A stretch of 64,000 bases of DNA, taken from IMG/VR virus record IMGVR_UViG_3300032007_000042. One strand, given 5' to 3'. Source of the stretch: an uncultured virus (IMG/VR IMGVR_UViG_3300032007_000042). Lineage: Duplodnaviria; Heunggongvirae; Uroviricota; Caudoviricetes; Crassvirales. A model generated the notes under the pieces. That model did not search any database and was not told the DNA's origin. It saw nothing but the letters and a program-made list of their open reading frames with translations. Positions 1-9,211 of this stretch are shown one piece after another; the first letter of the stretch is position 1; each line of letters opens with the position of its first letter. The translations under genes and the position numbers were made by a program.

Positions 1-3000
1 TAATATAAAATTACTTGGTACTCTTAATAATGCAGATGAAAGTGGTATCATAGCTAATGCAAATCAAGTATATGATGCTAACGAAGATAAGAGTACACAA
101 GATGTTTCCAAAGAACATACAGAACGTATAGAAACTTTGGAAACTAAAGAGAACTCAATGCAAACCACTTTGGAGAATATAACAAAGACTGGTGAAGCAA
201 GTGCAGCGAGTAATGTAACATATAATCATAGTGATAGTAAGCTTGATGCTACAAATGTACAGCAAGCTGTTGATGAAGTACGTAAAAGAAGTAACTATAA
301 TGATGGTGATAATGTTATAGACTTTAATACTATTCATATAATTACAGATAATCCAGAATTTATCTGTGTAGCTATAGATGCTAATGATAGAATACTTTAT
401 GGTATTAAGACCGATGGTCAGCCTTACTTTGGTATAGGATGTCCTAAGCAAGTTAAAGATTATATTGACGAACAAATAAATAAGATACTTGGTACTAATG
501 ATATTACTACTACTATTGATAGCTTAAAAGAGATAGAAGCTTTCCTAAAAGATTTCACTAATAGTGATACTCTAAAGAAACTTCTTGATTTAAAAGCCAA
601 TGTAGATGAAGTAAAGACTACTACTGATGATATTTACAAGAAGAGTAATCCTAATGATGAAGAAGGAAATATAATTGATACCAATAGTATTAAAAGTGTA
701 AGCAATAATCCAGAATATTTTAAGGCTTTTGTTGATAACACTAATAAACTAATTGAAGCTATTGGTATTGATGGTGTCAGAAAATTCTTTGCTGGAATTA
801 ATATTCAAGGTATATCTCAATGTTTAACTGATAATCCTGATTATCTTATTGCCTGGGTTGATAAAGAAAATAGGATTATATTTGCTATTCAACATGATGG
901 TAATCCTTATTTTGGATATGGTGTACCCAAACAAATTAAGACTGTTATAGATAACTTAAATACAGACTTAGTTAATAAATATACAGAAGTTAAGCAAAGT
1001 ATTTCTGATGCTAGTAAACATCTTTCTGAAACAGCAACTGATATTGATAAAAAGATAAATCTTGGTCTTGATACTTATCCAAAAGATGTAAATACCGTAG
1101 TTGATAATGCTGAATATGCAAAAGTTCTTGTTGATGCTGATAATAAAGTATTAGAAGATATAGAACCAGATGGTACTCATAAATTTAATAATAAAGTTGA
1201 TTTAAAAGGCACAAAAGTTAGTACTACTAATTACGAAGATTATAGTCAATTGTTATGTGATAAAGATAATAAGATAATAGATAGTATTGACAACAAAGGC
1301 ACAATTACTCATAATAGTAAACATATATTTAAGGGCGGTATTGAAGATGCTACTGGAAAAATAATTGATGATACTTATAATCATGTAATTGATAAATCAT
1401 CTGATTTAGCTAAAGTTCTTCGTGAAAAAGAGAATATGGTATCACCAATTGATTGGAGTGATAGTAAAAGTCTTGAGATTCCAGAGCCAAGATGTGCTTA
1501 TATAAATATTACATCTTCTGATAGAACTGCTGCTACTTGGCCTACAAGTAAAACTGCTAATAAAAAATATTGGATGCAGTTTTGGGATATGCAAGGAAAT
1601 TACTTCAAGAAGCGTATTATTCTTAATGCTCAAGGAAATTCTTCTATGGCTTTTATTAAGAAGAATGGGGCAATTGATATTTGCAATGATGAGTGGGAAG
1701 GAGATGATACATTTAAAGTTAAATTTGGAGATTGGCTTGCCTTTGATAGTTTTCATTTAAAAGCATACTATACAGATTTCTTTAAAGGTGTGTCTATAAT
1801 GGCTTATAAACTTGCTGATGAAGTTGAGCTTTCACGTGATGTTTTAGTAAATAGACCTTGGAAACGTCAACTTCTTGTTAATTATACATTTGGAACTGAT
1901 CAAACTAATAGTGAGCAAGTTAATGATTTATCTTTGCAATTAGATAATGAAGCTAAATGCCATCCTGATGGTTTTCCTTGTATTGTTTATCTTGATAATA
2001 AATTTTATGGAATTTATGCTTTTAATATAAAGAAACATAGAGATAACTATCACATGGATAAAGGTACAGCAGAACATATTCATCTTGATGGAGATTTAGG
2101 TCCCAATGATATTTGGAATGGTACTATAAATTGGAGTTCATTTGAAATTAGAAATCCTAAAAATCTTTACTATAAAGAAGCACATAATGGTACTTATAAA
2201 TATGATGCTGACGTTGCACAAGCAGAAATTGCTGGAGATGATGAAGTTAATGCATGGATAACAGCTGGTAAACTACCAGATGGAACAGAGATTTCAAGTA
2301 AGATTGAAAAATGTCTTAAAACAACTGCTAAAGTTAAAAATTATATTATAAGATTGTCTAATGCTCTTGCAACAATTAATGCTGAAACTGATTTAACTAA
2401 GAAAAAGACTTTGTTTGAGAGTTATTTTGATGCTCCATCTCTTATTGACTATGAGATTGTTCAAATGGCTACAGGAGATACTGATGGTTTGAGCAAAAAC
2501 TGGCAATGGATAACATTAGATGGTAATCATTGGTCTGTATGTGAATATGATAAAGATATGTCTTTTGGAGGATATTTTACAGGTGAAATTACTCTGTCTG
2601 CCCCTTCACAAGGAGGATGGATGGGTAATAGTTCTAATACTCCATTAGGTTTAACAATATCCCTCTATAAAGATGATATAATATCTATGTGGAAAGAACT
2701 TACTAACAATAAAATTCTTACTGCGGATAACATTATATCAATTGCTGATGATTGGATTAAAAGGATAGGTACAGACAATTATAAACAAGAGTATAAAAAA
2801 TGGGATGAGGCTCCATGTTGTAGAGCAGATTTAGTAGACACTGAGCATTGGAAACGAAGTAACGAGTATAAATATGGCACAGAGTATAATACTTATGATA
2901 GTACAAAAATGTATGCAGTAGGTGAAACTTGTTATTATGGTTTTGACAATGTTTATAAATTTACAGCAACTGCTGAAACAACAGGCAATCCTCCTCTTAC

Positions 3001-3115
3001 AGGAAGTTATAACTATAAGCCTAAAGGTTTAGGTTATTATGATAGCTTTTGGAGATTAGCAAATTATATTAAGCAACGTATTTCTGTAGAAAACGATTTT
3101 ATTAATTCATTATAA
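1..3115 (+). CDS. Fibre-like virion protein with ~26-aa N-terminal repeats and a C-terminal CotH-kinase-like domain; 5' end lies outside the window
   Basis: The frame is open from position 2 (NIKLLGTLNNADESGIIANANQVYD...), so the TTG at 137 is not the true start. It has a fibre-type motif ASNVTYNHSDSKLDATNVQQAVDEV and five DNPE(Y/F)...D...I...DG repeats. CotH-like segments: AQGNSS...KKN, GFPCIVYLDNKFYGIY, DGLSKNW, YDKDMSFG. Confidence 0.65.
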   Translation, partial: NIKLLGTLNNADESGIIANANQVYDANEDKSTQDVSKEHTERIETLETKENSMQTTLENITKTGEASAASNVTYNHSDSKLDATNVQQAVDEVRKRSNYNDGDNVIDFNTIHIITDNPEFICVAIDANDRILYGIKTDGQPYFGIGCPKQVKDYIDEQINKILGTNDITTTIDSLKEIEAFLKDFTNSDTLKKLLDLKANVDEVKTTTDDIYKKSNPNDEEGNIIDTNSIKSVSNNPEYFKAFVDNTNKLIEAIGIDGVRKFFAGINIQGISQCLTDNPDYLIAWVDKENRIIFAIQHDGNPYFGYGVPKQIKTVIDNLNTDLVNKYTEVKQSISDASKHLSETATDIDKKINLGLDTYPKDVNTVVDNAEYAKVLVDADNKVLEDIEPDGTHKFNNKVDLKGTKVSTTNYEDYSQLLCDKDNKIIDSIDNKGTITHNSKHIFKGGIEDATGKIIDDTYNHVIDKSSDLAKVLREKENMVSPIDWSDSKSLEIPEPRCAYINITSSDRTAATWPTSKTANKKYWMQFWDMQGNYFKKRIILNAQGNSSMAFIKKNGAIDICNDEWEGDDTFKVKFGDWLAFDSFHLKAYYTDFFKGVSIMAYKLADEVELSRDVLVNRPWKRQLLVNYTFGTDQTNSEQVNDLSLQLDNEAKCHPDGFPCIVYLDNKFYGIYAFNIKKHRDNYHMDKGTAEHIHLDGDLGPNDIWNGTINWSSFEIRNPKNLYYKEAHNGTYKYDADVAQAEIAGDDEVNAWITAGKLPDGTEISSKIEKCLKTTAKVKNYIIRLSNALATINAETDLTKKKTLFESYFDAPSLIDYEIVQMATGDTDGLSKNWQWITLDGNHWSVCEYDKDMSFGGYFTGEITLSAPSQGGWMGNSSNTPLGLTISLYKDDIISMWKELTNNKILTADNIISIADDWIKRIGTDNYKQEYKKWDEAPCCRADLVDTEHWKRSNEYKYGTEYNTYDSTKMYAVGETCYYGFDNVYKFTATAETTGNPPLTGSYNYKPKGLGYYDSFWRLANYIKQRISVENDFINSL

Positions 3116-3126
3116 ATTTCATAATT

Positions 3127-4218
3127 ATGAACAAATGTTTTATTACAAAACTTCCAAGTAGTGTAGATAATGATAATCTTCCTGTTCTTGGACAACTTAG
3201 AATTATTTGGCCAAAGCAAAGTAATTTGACTGATAATGCTTCACGTGCTATTATGTTAAGCACTATTGATAACATTACTGTTAAAGTATCTGGTGCTCAT
3301 CTTACTGATAGCACACTAACGAGTAATCTTGGTAATACAAAAACAATTACTAATGGTGATGGTCTTGTGACATTATATGTATCTAATGATGCAGATGGAG
3401 TTTTAACTATTGATAATAAATATTCATTAAAACAACTTATATTTGTACTTGGAGGCAAAGAGTTTGTTGAAAGGGCAGAGTATTTTGATATTGAAGATAT
3501 TAAGTATTGTACTAATCTTATTGAACTTAGAGCAGGTAAGATGCCGATTTACGGAGATATTAGTGCAGTAAGTAATCTTACTAATTTGAAAGCATTGCAA
3601 TTATTTTCCACCCAAGTCAATGGAGATATTAGTGCAGTAAGTAATCTTACTAATTTGAAAGCATTGCAATTATTTTCCACCCAAGTCAATGGAGACATTA
3701 GTGCAGTAAGTAAACTTACTAATCTTGATACTTTGTCAATAAATTATACTCAAATTAGTGGAGACATTAGTGCAGTAAGTGAACTTACTAAACTTATCAT
3801 TCTTTCTCTAAATGATACTCAAGTTAGTGGAAAGATAGATAGTCTTGCTAATCTTACTAAATTGTCTAATCTTGCTGGACTTAGAGGTCTCTCACTAACT
3901 GGAGATATGTCTAAGATTCCTGCTGGAGTAAACCTCATATTTCAGGACGATAGAAAAGTTACTACTGACTTTACTTGGACAGCTAATGGCCGTAAAAATG
4001 CCACTCTTCTTGCAATAAGTGGTAATGTTCCTTTCGATACTGCATCAATGGATAATATGCTTGTTGACCAAGCAACTTGTACAGTTAGTCCAAACGCTAC
4101 TCAACCATATCACAAGATTATAGCAGTTAAGGGAACCAGAACATCAGCCTCTGATGCAGCTGTAACAGCTATTCAGAATATGGGTGTTACTATTACTGGT
4201 GTTACTAAACAGGCTTAA
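3127..4218 (+). CDS. Leucine-rich-repeat protein (23-aa GDISAVSNLTNLKALQLFSTQVN repeats), probably a virion accessory/receptor-binding protein
   Basis: LxxLxLxxTxV-type repeats are directly visible. The role is inferred from the fibre-gene context. Confidence 0.75.
   Translation: MNKCFITKLPSSVDNDNLPVLGQLRIIWPKQSNLTDNASRAIMLSTIDNITVKVSGAHLTDSTLTSNLGNTKTITNGDGLVTLYVSNDADGVLTIDNKYSLKQLIFVLGGKEFVERAEYFDIEDIKYCTNLIELRAGKMPIYGDISAVSNLTNLKALQLFSTQVNGDISAVSNLTNLKALQLFSTQVNGDISAVSKLTNLDTLSINYTQISGDISAVSELTKLIILSLNDTQVSGKIDSLANLTKLSNLAGLRGLSLTGDMSKIPAGVNLIFQDDRKVTTDFTWTANGRKNATLLAISGNVPFDTASMDNMLVDQATCTVSPNATQPYHKIIAVKGTRTSASDAAVTAIQNMGVTITGVTKQA
3553..3828 (+). repeat. 69-nt tandem repeat coding LRR units (4 copies; copies 1 and 2 identical)
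   Basis: GGAGA(T/C)ATTAGTGCAGTAAGT starts at 3553, 3622, 3691 and 3760. 3553-3621 equals 3622-3690. Confidence 0.95.
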
Positions 4219-4243
4219 ATTATAACTTTATAATAATAAAACT

Positions 4244-4453
4244 ATGGTAGAATTAAATTGTAAATATCCAGTTGTCTATAAAGACGATGCTATTGTTTAT
4301 ACTCCAGATAAAGATGGAGCAGTTGGTAGTACTTATCCAGGTGCTGGTACTTCTTATAAAGAGTTTGATACTTATGAAGATGCACAAGCATTTATTAAGG
4401 AGAATGGTCTTAAAGAGCCAAAAGCATCTGATGATATAAATTATGAGGTATAG
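4244..4453 (+). CDS. Small hypothetical protein (69 aa)
   Basis: ATG follows an AT-rich leader. Codon style matches the neighbouring genes. Confidence 0.7.
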   Translation: MVELNCKYPVVYKDDAIVYTPDKDGAVGSTYPGAGTSYKEFDTYEDAQAFIKENGLKEPKASDDINYEV

Positions 4454-4465
4454 AGATGAACAATA

Positions 4466-4473
4466 TACCTTTG
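4466..4473 (+). promoter_or_regulatory. Candidate Bacteroidetes sigma -7 box TACCTTTG
   Basis: Matches TAnnTTTG in an intergenic position. Confidence 0.4.
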
Positions 4474-4574
4474 TAAATATTATAAATTGAGGTATTTCGA
4501 ATTCTTCAATTATAAATAAAACAAATTTCGATATTTATCAAAATATTTTTATTAACAATTTAAAATTAAGTATT

Positions 4575-4823
4575 ATGGGAGACAGTACACCAACTCCGAT
4601 TTACACCTCCGACGGAGGTAATAACTTCGCAAATGGTGCAAAATATTTTGCCCTGAATCTTTGGAAAAACGAGAACAATTATTCATTTACAAAAACGAAT
4701 TAAAAAGTAGGGTAAGATATATGTTCAATTATAATTATTGACGCAGGAGTCACTAATACAATCATAGAAGGTGTTCCTCAAAACTTTATTACAGATAATG
4801 GAACCAATACTGTGATAGATTGA
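4575..4823 (+). pseudogene. Probable gene remnant (42-aa ORF plus a same-frame C-terminal fragment)
   Basis: MGDSTPTPIYTSDGGNNFANGAKYF...* at 4575-4703, then after a second in-frame TAA comes IIIDAGVTNTIIEGVPQNFITDNGTNTVID* ending at 4823. Confidence 0.4.
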
Positions 4824-4849
4824 ATATAGTTATTGTAATAAGTAGATAC

Positions 4850-4877
4850 AAAGGCAGTCACTTAGGTGGCTGTCTTT
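4850..4877 (+). terminator. Intrinsic-terminator-like hairpin
   Basis: AAAGGCAGTCAC-TTAG-GTGGCTGTCTTT. Confidence 0.6.
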
Positions 4878-5014
4878 ACAAAGATAAAAGATTATGTTTG
4901 AACAATTAAGTTTATACCTCTTATCCTATTTCTTTCAACCCTTTCTCCAGCAGGAGAAGAAAAGGAAAGAGTGGATAGAGCTGCAAGTGAAAATGTTAAT
5001 AAAGAATATAAATT

Positions 5015-5395
5015 ATGGAAGATAAAACTTATATGATGCCTCCTATTGGAGGTAAGAGTATTCTCAGGAGTACTGGAGAAGAGGTTGAGATTATTGATTC
5101 TCAGATTAAAGAGCGTGGTGCTCGCTCTGATGAAGATTGGGTGACTTATATTGACTCAGAAGGTAAGGAGCATATCAAGGAGAAGCTGAATATTCAGCTT
5201 GACTTCAAGTCTGTAGTTAATGATACTTGGAGTAAGGTATTTGATTTTGCTAAAGATAATAAGATGCCTACTACAAGGAATTGCAGGATATTTGAAGTGG
5301 CTAAAGAACTTGTTTTTAAATTTCAATGTGACGCTGAAGAAGCTGTTAGAAAAGCAATAGAACTTGTTGATAAAGTTGGTATTGAAACTGAGTAA
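5015..5395 (+). CDS. Hypothetical protein (126 aa)
   Basis: Intact ORF with an AT-rich leader. No recognised motif. Confidence 0.75.
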   Translation: MEDKTYMMPPIGGKSILRSTGEEVEIIDSQIKERGARSDEDWVTYIDSEGKEHIKEKLNIQLDFKSVVNDTWSKVFDFAKDNKMPTTRNCRIFEVAKELVFKFQCDAEEAVRKAIELVDKVGIETE

Positions 5396-5398
5396 ATT

Positions 5399-5632
5399 AT
5401 GACATATAAAGAAGAAAGTTATGTTCTAGATACTCTTGGTGATATGAGAAAAGAAACTCATGAAAACAATATTATGCTAAGACAAATCTGCTCTTATATA
5501 AGATATGTCTACAGTCACAGATCAAGTGATGAACAGAATGCTTTTGAGCAGAATGTCTTTGCAAATATTGTTAGTGAGTTATTTGATGGTGCTAAAAGTA
5601 GATTTAAAGTCAATAATTTTAAAAATAAATAG
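5399..5632 (+). CDS. Hypothetical protein (77 aa)
   Basis: Tightly coupled to both neighbours. Confidence 0.7.
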   Translation: MTYKEESYVLDTLGDMRKETHENNIMLRQICSYIRYVYSHRSSDEQNAFEQNVFANIVSELFDGAKSRFKVNNFKNK

Positions 5633-5634
5633 TT

Positions 5635-5766
5635 ATGGCAAATAGAAGTAGAAGAACAAAGCCTGTAATGGCTAAGGCTGGAGTTACAAGAAATCCAAGT
5701 AGAAGATATAGTTGTGGTGGCAAGCTTTACTCTAAAGGGGGCAAACTTAAATCTAAGTGCAAATGA
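5635..5766 (+). CDS. Small basic protein (43 aa) absent from the ORF track: MANRSRRTKPVMAKAGVTRNPSRRYSCGGKLYSKGGKLKSKCK
   Basis: It fills the gap exactly. ATG is 2 nt after the previous stop and its TGA overlaps the next ATG (ATGA at 5763). It is K/R-rich. Confidence 0.75.
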   Translation: MANRSRRTKPVMAKAGVTRNPSRRYSCGGKLYSKGGKLKSKCK

Positions 5767-6146
5767 TAATAACTAAGGAGATATACAAGATAGAACTATA
5801 TACAATAAAGGTAATACCAATGGCAATATCAGCAATATACTTACTGAATACAATATTGTCTTATTGTTACATAGACTTACCTATACTATCGTGGATAGGG
5901 GGCTTATCATTGTTACCTTGGTTATTCTTGTATTTATCTTCCTTTGTATTTAGGTTTTGCATTTACCATAGAATGTTCCTGTATTATATAGCAGTGTGTA
6001 ATATACTTAGCTATATAGATTATACTTGGACTCTTCCTATATCAGATAGAGGATTGTTCTTACTAAATATAATCATTGCGGGAATCTTCTTGTTTGCCAT
6101 ATTATATTTAAAGTTAAAAGTATGCAAGAACTCAAGAAAGTCTTAG
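5763..6146 (+). CDS. Small multi-pass membrane protein (about 4 hydrophobic segments)
   Basis: Hydrophobic stretches such as LPILSWIGGLSLLPWLFLYLSSFVF and GLFLLNIIIAGIFLFAILYL. ATG 5763 is preferred over GTG 5757. Confidence 0.75.
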   Translation: MIITKEIYKIELYTIKVIPMAISAIYLLNTILSYCYIDLPILSWIGGLSLLPWLFLYLSSFVFRFCIYHRMFLYYIAVCNILSYIDYTWTLPISDRGLFLLNIIIAGIFLFAILYLKLKVCKNSRKS

Positions 6147-6400
6147 TAAGGCTGCTTAGAGATACAGCTAATAAGTTAGAGAATAATACTTGTGAGATAA
6201 CTGAGGAAGAAGCTCTTTCTATTGTCAATAACATGACACATGTTGCTATTAGCAAGGAAATGGCTTGTAATCATCTTAATATGTCAAGAAGCAAGTTTGA
6301 TTCTAAAGTTCTTGAAGGTATCATACCTGAAGGAAGAAAGAGAGTTGGATTTAAAGAAAAGGTATGGTACTTAGATGAACTTGATGGTTTGAATAAATAA
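6122..6400 (+). CDS. Putative AlpA/excisionase-like helix-turn-helix DNA-binding protein
   Basis: SKEMACNHLNMSRSKFDSKVLEGIIPEGRKRVG...W pattern. Confidence 0.6.
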   Translation: MQELKKVLVRLLRDTANKLENNTCEITEEEALSIVNNMTHVAISKEMACNHLNMSRSKFDSKVLEGIIPEGRKRVGFKEKVWYLDELDGLNK

Positions 6401-6430
6401 TCTCATCAACCAAGTTGTTGAAGAAGTTAC

Positions 6431-6467
6431 AGGGTTGTCTATTCATTTAGGCAACCCTTATTTTATT
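6431..6467 (+). terminator. Intrinsic terminator
   Basis: AGGGTTGTCTA-TTCATT-TAGGCAACCCT followed by a T-rich tail. Confidence 0.7.
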
Positions 6468-6553
6468 TGGTAATGTTTTAAGCACCTAACTTCCTAATAG
6501 TTAGATGTTTATTTTATTTATAAGCATTGTTTGGCATAATATATAGTTATTAG

Positions 6554-6561
6554 TAATTTTG
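6554..6561 (+). promoter_or_regulatory. Bacteroidetes sigma -7 box TAATTTTG upstream of the 6609-9211 operon
   Basis: TAnnTTTG about 50 nt before the ATG at 6609. Confidence 0.6.
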
Positions 6562-6608
6562 TGGCATGAGAACGTTCTTATATTTACTAACAATTAAATT
6601 TTAAAGTT

Positions 6609-7643
6609 ATGTCAAGTGACAATGGTGTATTTGTTTTTCCTGATGTAGCAAAAGCAGCTACTAATGGAATTGACCCAAATCTTTTGCTTGCCATGCAGAA
6701 CAATGGTGGTTTTGGTAATAATGGTTATTGGATTTGGATTTTGTTTATGTGGTTACTTTGGGGTAATAATGGTTATGGTAATGGTTTTGGTGGTGGTAAT
6801 AACGGTACTGGCTATCTGTCTAACCAGATGAATAATAATGCTGGTAGAGACCTTCTTTTGCAGGCTATTAATGGTCGTGCTGATGCTGCTGCTCAGCTTG
6901 CTCAGATTACTAATAGCTCTGTAAATGCTGTTCAGACTGCTATTAATACCATTCAGTCTTCTATTCAGTCTGTAGGTCAGCAAGTTGGCATGAGTGGACT
7001 TCAAGTTCAGAATGCAATTCAGAGTGGTAATGCTAGTCTTAGTCAACAGATTTGTCAGTGCTGCTGTGAAAACCGCCTTGCTATTGCTAATCAGACTAAT
7101 GATATTCAAGCTAGTCTTGCTGCTAATCATGCTGCTGCTACATTGCAAGCTGCACAAAATCAAGCAGCTCTTCAACTTCAAAATGCTCAATCAGAAGCAG
7201 CAGACCAACTCTCTGTATGTCAGCAAACTAATCAGTTGACTACTCAAGGTACAGCTAATACTCAACGTATAGTTGATGCTCTTGCTAATCAAAGCACAAT
7301 GATTACTAAAGAGTTCTGTGACCTTAAAGACAGAGAGCTTCAGAACAAGATTGATAGTCTTACTGCTGATAATGCTCTTCTTAGGAGTAACATTAATAAT
7401 AGTAATCAGACTGCTCAGTTTGCTGCTATGCTTGCTCCTTTACAGGCCCAGATTAGTAATATTGCTGCAAAGCAACCTGCTACTATTACTTTGCCTCAGA
7501 ATCAGTATGCTGTAGTTCCTGCATGGTATGCTCAGGCTGGTACTGATTTTATTGCAAGTTATTGGGCTAATCGTACTGCACAGGCTACTAGTGGTTCTGG
7601 AGCAGCTGCTGCTGGAGTAAAAACTACAACTACTAATCCATAA
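6609..7643 (+). CDS. Uncharacterised phage protein: Gly/Asn-rich flanks around a Trp-rich hydrophobic segment, then Q/A/N-rich coiled coil with a CQCCC motif
   Basis: GIDPNLLLAM...GGFGNNGYWIWILFMWLLWGNNGYG and QQICQCCCENR. Confidence 0.8.
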   Translation: MSSDNGVFVFPDVAKAATNGIDPNLLLAMQNNGGFGNNGYWIWILFMWLLWGNNGYGNGFGGGNNGTGYLSNQMNNNAGRDLLLQAINGRADAAAQLAQITNSSVNAVQTAINTIQSSIQSVGQQVGMSGLQVQNAIQSGNASLSQQICQCCCENRLAIANQTNDIQASLAANHAAATLQAAQNQAALQLQNAQSEAADQLSVCQQTNQLTTQGTANTQRIVDALANQSTMITKEFCDLKDRELQNKIDSLTADNALLRSNINNSNQTAQFAAMLAPLQAQISNIAAKQPATITLPQNQYAVVPAWYAQAGTDFIASYWANRTAQATSGSGAAAAGVKTTTTNP

Positions 7644-7655
7644 AATTTTATAACT

Positions 7656-8129
7656 ATGTTTTCCAATTTAAGTAAAGGCAATGTTCTCTATGGTCTTGAT
7701 TTTAGTAATAATAAGATGACTTATTTTACAGCCACTATAGAAGATGCCAAGCCAGCTTTTCCTATTAATGTAGGACAGATTCCAGGTAGTGTTGTTGATA
7801 TTACTGCAATAAGAGATGGAAACACATTATCTTTTAAACAGATTCCTAGTAATAGTGCTGTAGCTGATTATGGTAATAAGACCTTTATTCTTGCTGATAG
7901 TAAAGATGCTTTAGTTAATTATGTAAATGCAAAACTACAAGCTAGTAGAAATATAGTAAATAGTTATGATGAACATAAGAAACTTGTAGAGCAATATGAA
8001 GATGTTCTTTCTCAAATTAATCCTAATCCTAATGGTGCAGAATTAAAAGAGCTTAAGCAACAATTTTCTACTATGCAAAATCAATTTAGTGAACTTATGA
8101 CTTTACTTAAAGGAAAACAAAATACTTAA
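7656..8129 (+). CDS. Uncharacterised protein with C-terminal coiled coil (157 aa)
   Basis: Operon-coupled ORF ending ELKELKQQFSTMQNQFSELMTLL. Confidence 0.8.
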   Translation: MFSNLSKGNVLYGLDFSNNKMTYFTATIEDAKPAFPINVGQIPGSVVDITAIRDGNTLSFKQIPSNSAVADYGNKTFILADSKDALVNYVNAKLQASRNIVNSYDEHKKLVEQYEDVLSQINPNPNGAELKELKQQFSTMQNQFSELMTLLKGKQNT

Positions 8130-8134
8130 AGATT

Positions 8135-8353
8135 ATGATGATAATAAGATTTAGAAACTCTGAAGACCATGAGGAGATGCTCAAGAAAGTAAAGAAGATG
8201 AAGAAGTTTACTGAAGAACTTGAGGATTGCCTTGAGGAAGCTATGGAAGAGCCTGACTATAGGAGTCCTTCTTATCGTAGAGAATATGATGAAGATGATG
8301 AGAGATATGAAAGCAAGAGAGGTAGATATGGATATAACTATCCTCGTAGATAA
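8135..8353 (+). CDS. Small charged protein (72 aa) with acidic/Arg-Tyr-rich tail
   Basis: Operon-coupled ORF. Confidence 0.75.
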   Translation: MMIIRFRNSEDHEEMLKKVKKMKKFTEELEDCLEEAMEEPDYRSPSYRREYDEDDERYESKRGRYGYNYPRR

Positions 8354-8364
8354 CTATTAACTAT

Positions 8365-8396
8365 AAGGGTAGTAAGCTTATACTTGCTACCCTTTT
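8365..8396 (+). terminator. Intrinsic terminator/attenuator within the operon
   Basis: AAGGGTAGTAAG-CTTATA-CTTGCTACCCTTTT. Confidence 0.7.
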
Positions 8397-8409
8397 AATT
8401 TTAATTATT

Positions 8410-8832
8410 ATGTATCAGACAAAGACAGGAAGCTATGATGAAATCCCTGAAGGGATGAAAAGATATATAAACAACTATGGTTGTCACTTTAATAAGAAGT
8501 TATGTACTGAGGCAGCTAAAAGAATGTATAAAAGAGTAGATAGTAGAAAAGAATATATTAAGCCATATACTAAAGAGCAGATAGATTCTCTTCTTGAAGC
8601 AGAGAATATAAAGCTTGACAGGGATGTTTTATATGACAAAGTATATGTAGCTAATATGTGCCAAGCTGATTATTTAGGCAGTTCAGTACCTAAAGATGAC
8701 AGACATCTTGCTTTATTCATTAAAGATATGATTGATGACCCTGATGCTACAGAAGGCTTTATATTTAATAGGTTTTATGCTGACTGTATGTTTATGAATA
8801 ATCCTATAGATTGGGATGAAATGTATGATTAG
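8410..8832 (+). CDS. Uncharacterised phage protein (140 aa)
   Basis: YINNYGCHFNKKLC and YVANMCQADYLGSS...DDPD motifs. Confidence 0.8.
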   Translation: MYQTKTGSYDEIPEGMKRYINNYGCHFNKKLCTEAAKRMYKRVDSRKEYIKPYTKEQIDSLLEAENIKLDRDVLYDKVYVANMCQADYLGSSVPKDDRHLALFIKDMIDDPDATEGFIFNRFYADCMFMNNPIDWDEMYD

Positions 8833-9211
8833 ACAATCATTCAATGTCCAAAGCTATTGGAAAGTCATAGTCTTTTATAATATTGACTATGACTTTTTTG
8901 ATATAGTAGCTGATGAACTAAAGGCTATTGATACTCCCAAATGGAGTATAGATAATATCTATAACATGATGTCTACAGGTAAAGCACTGGCATTTACTCA
9001 AAGTAACCTCAAAAAACATGTAAGTATAGTAGGATTTAATAGACATAAGAATAGCTATGATTATCTCAACTCTATAGTCCATGAAGCTGAACATATTAAA
9101 CAGGCTATACTTGAAGCTTACAGTGTTGATGATAAAGATGAGCCTCCTGCTTATACTATAGGCTATCTTATTATGAGGATGTATGATACCTTTAAGGATA
9201 TAATAGTTTGA
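8825..9211 (+). CDS. Small zincin-like (HExxH) metalloprotein
   Basis: NSIVHEAEHI followed by DEPPAY, a candidate third-ligand Glu. The start is taken at MIRQSF. Confidence 0.65.
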   Translation: MIRQSFNVQSYWKVIVFYNIDYDFFDIVADELKAIDTPKWSIDNIYNMMSTGKALAFTQSNLKKHVSIVGFNRHKNSYDYLNSIVHEAEHIKQAILEAYSVDDKDEPPAYTIGYLIMRMYDTFKDIIV

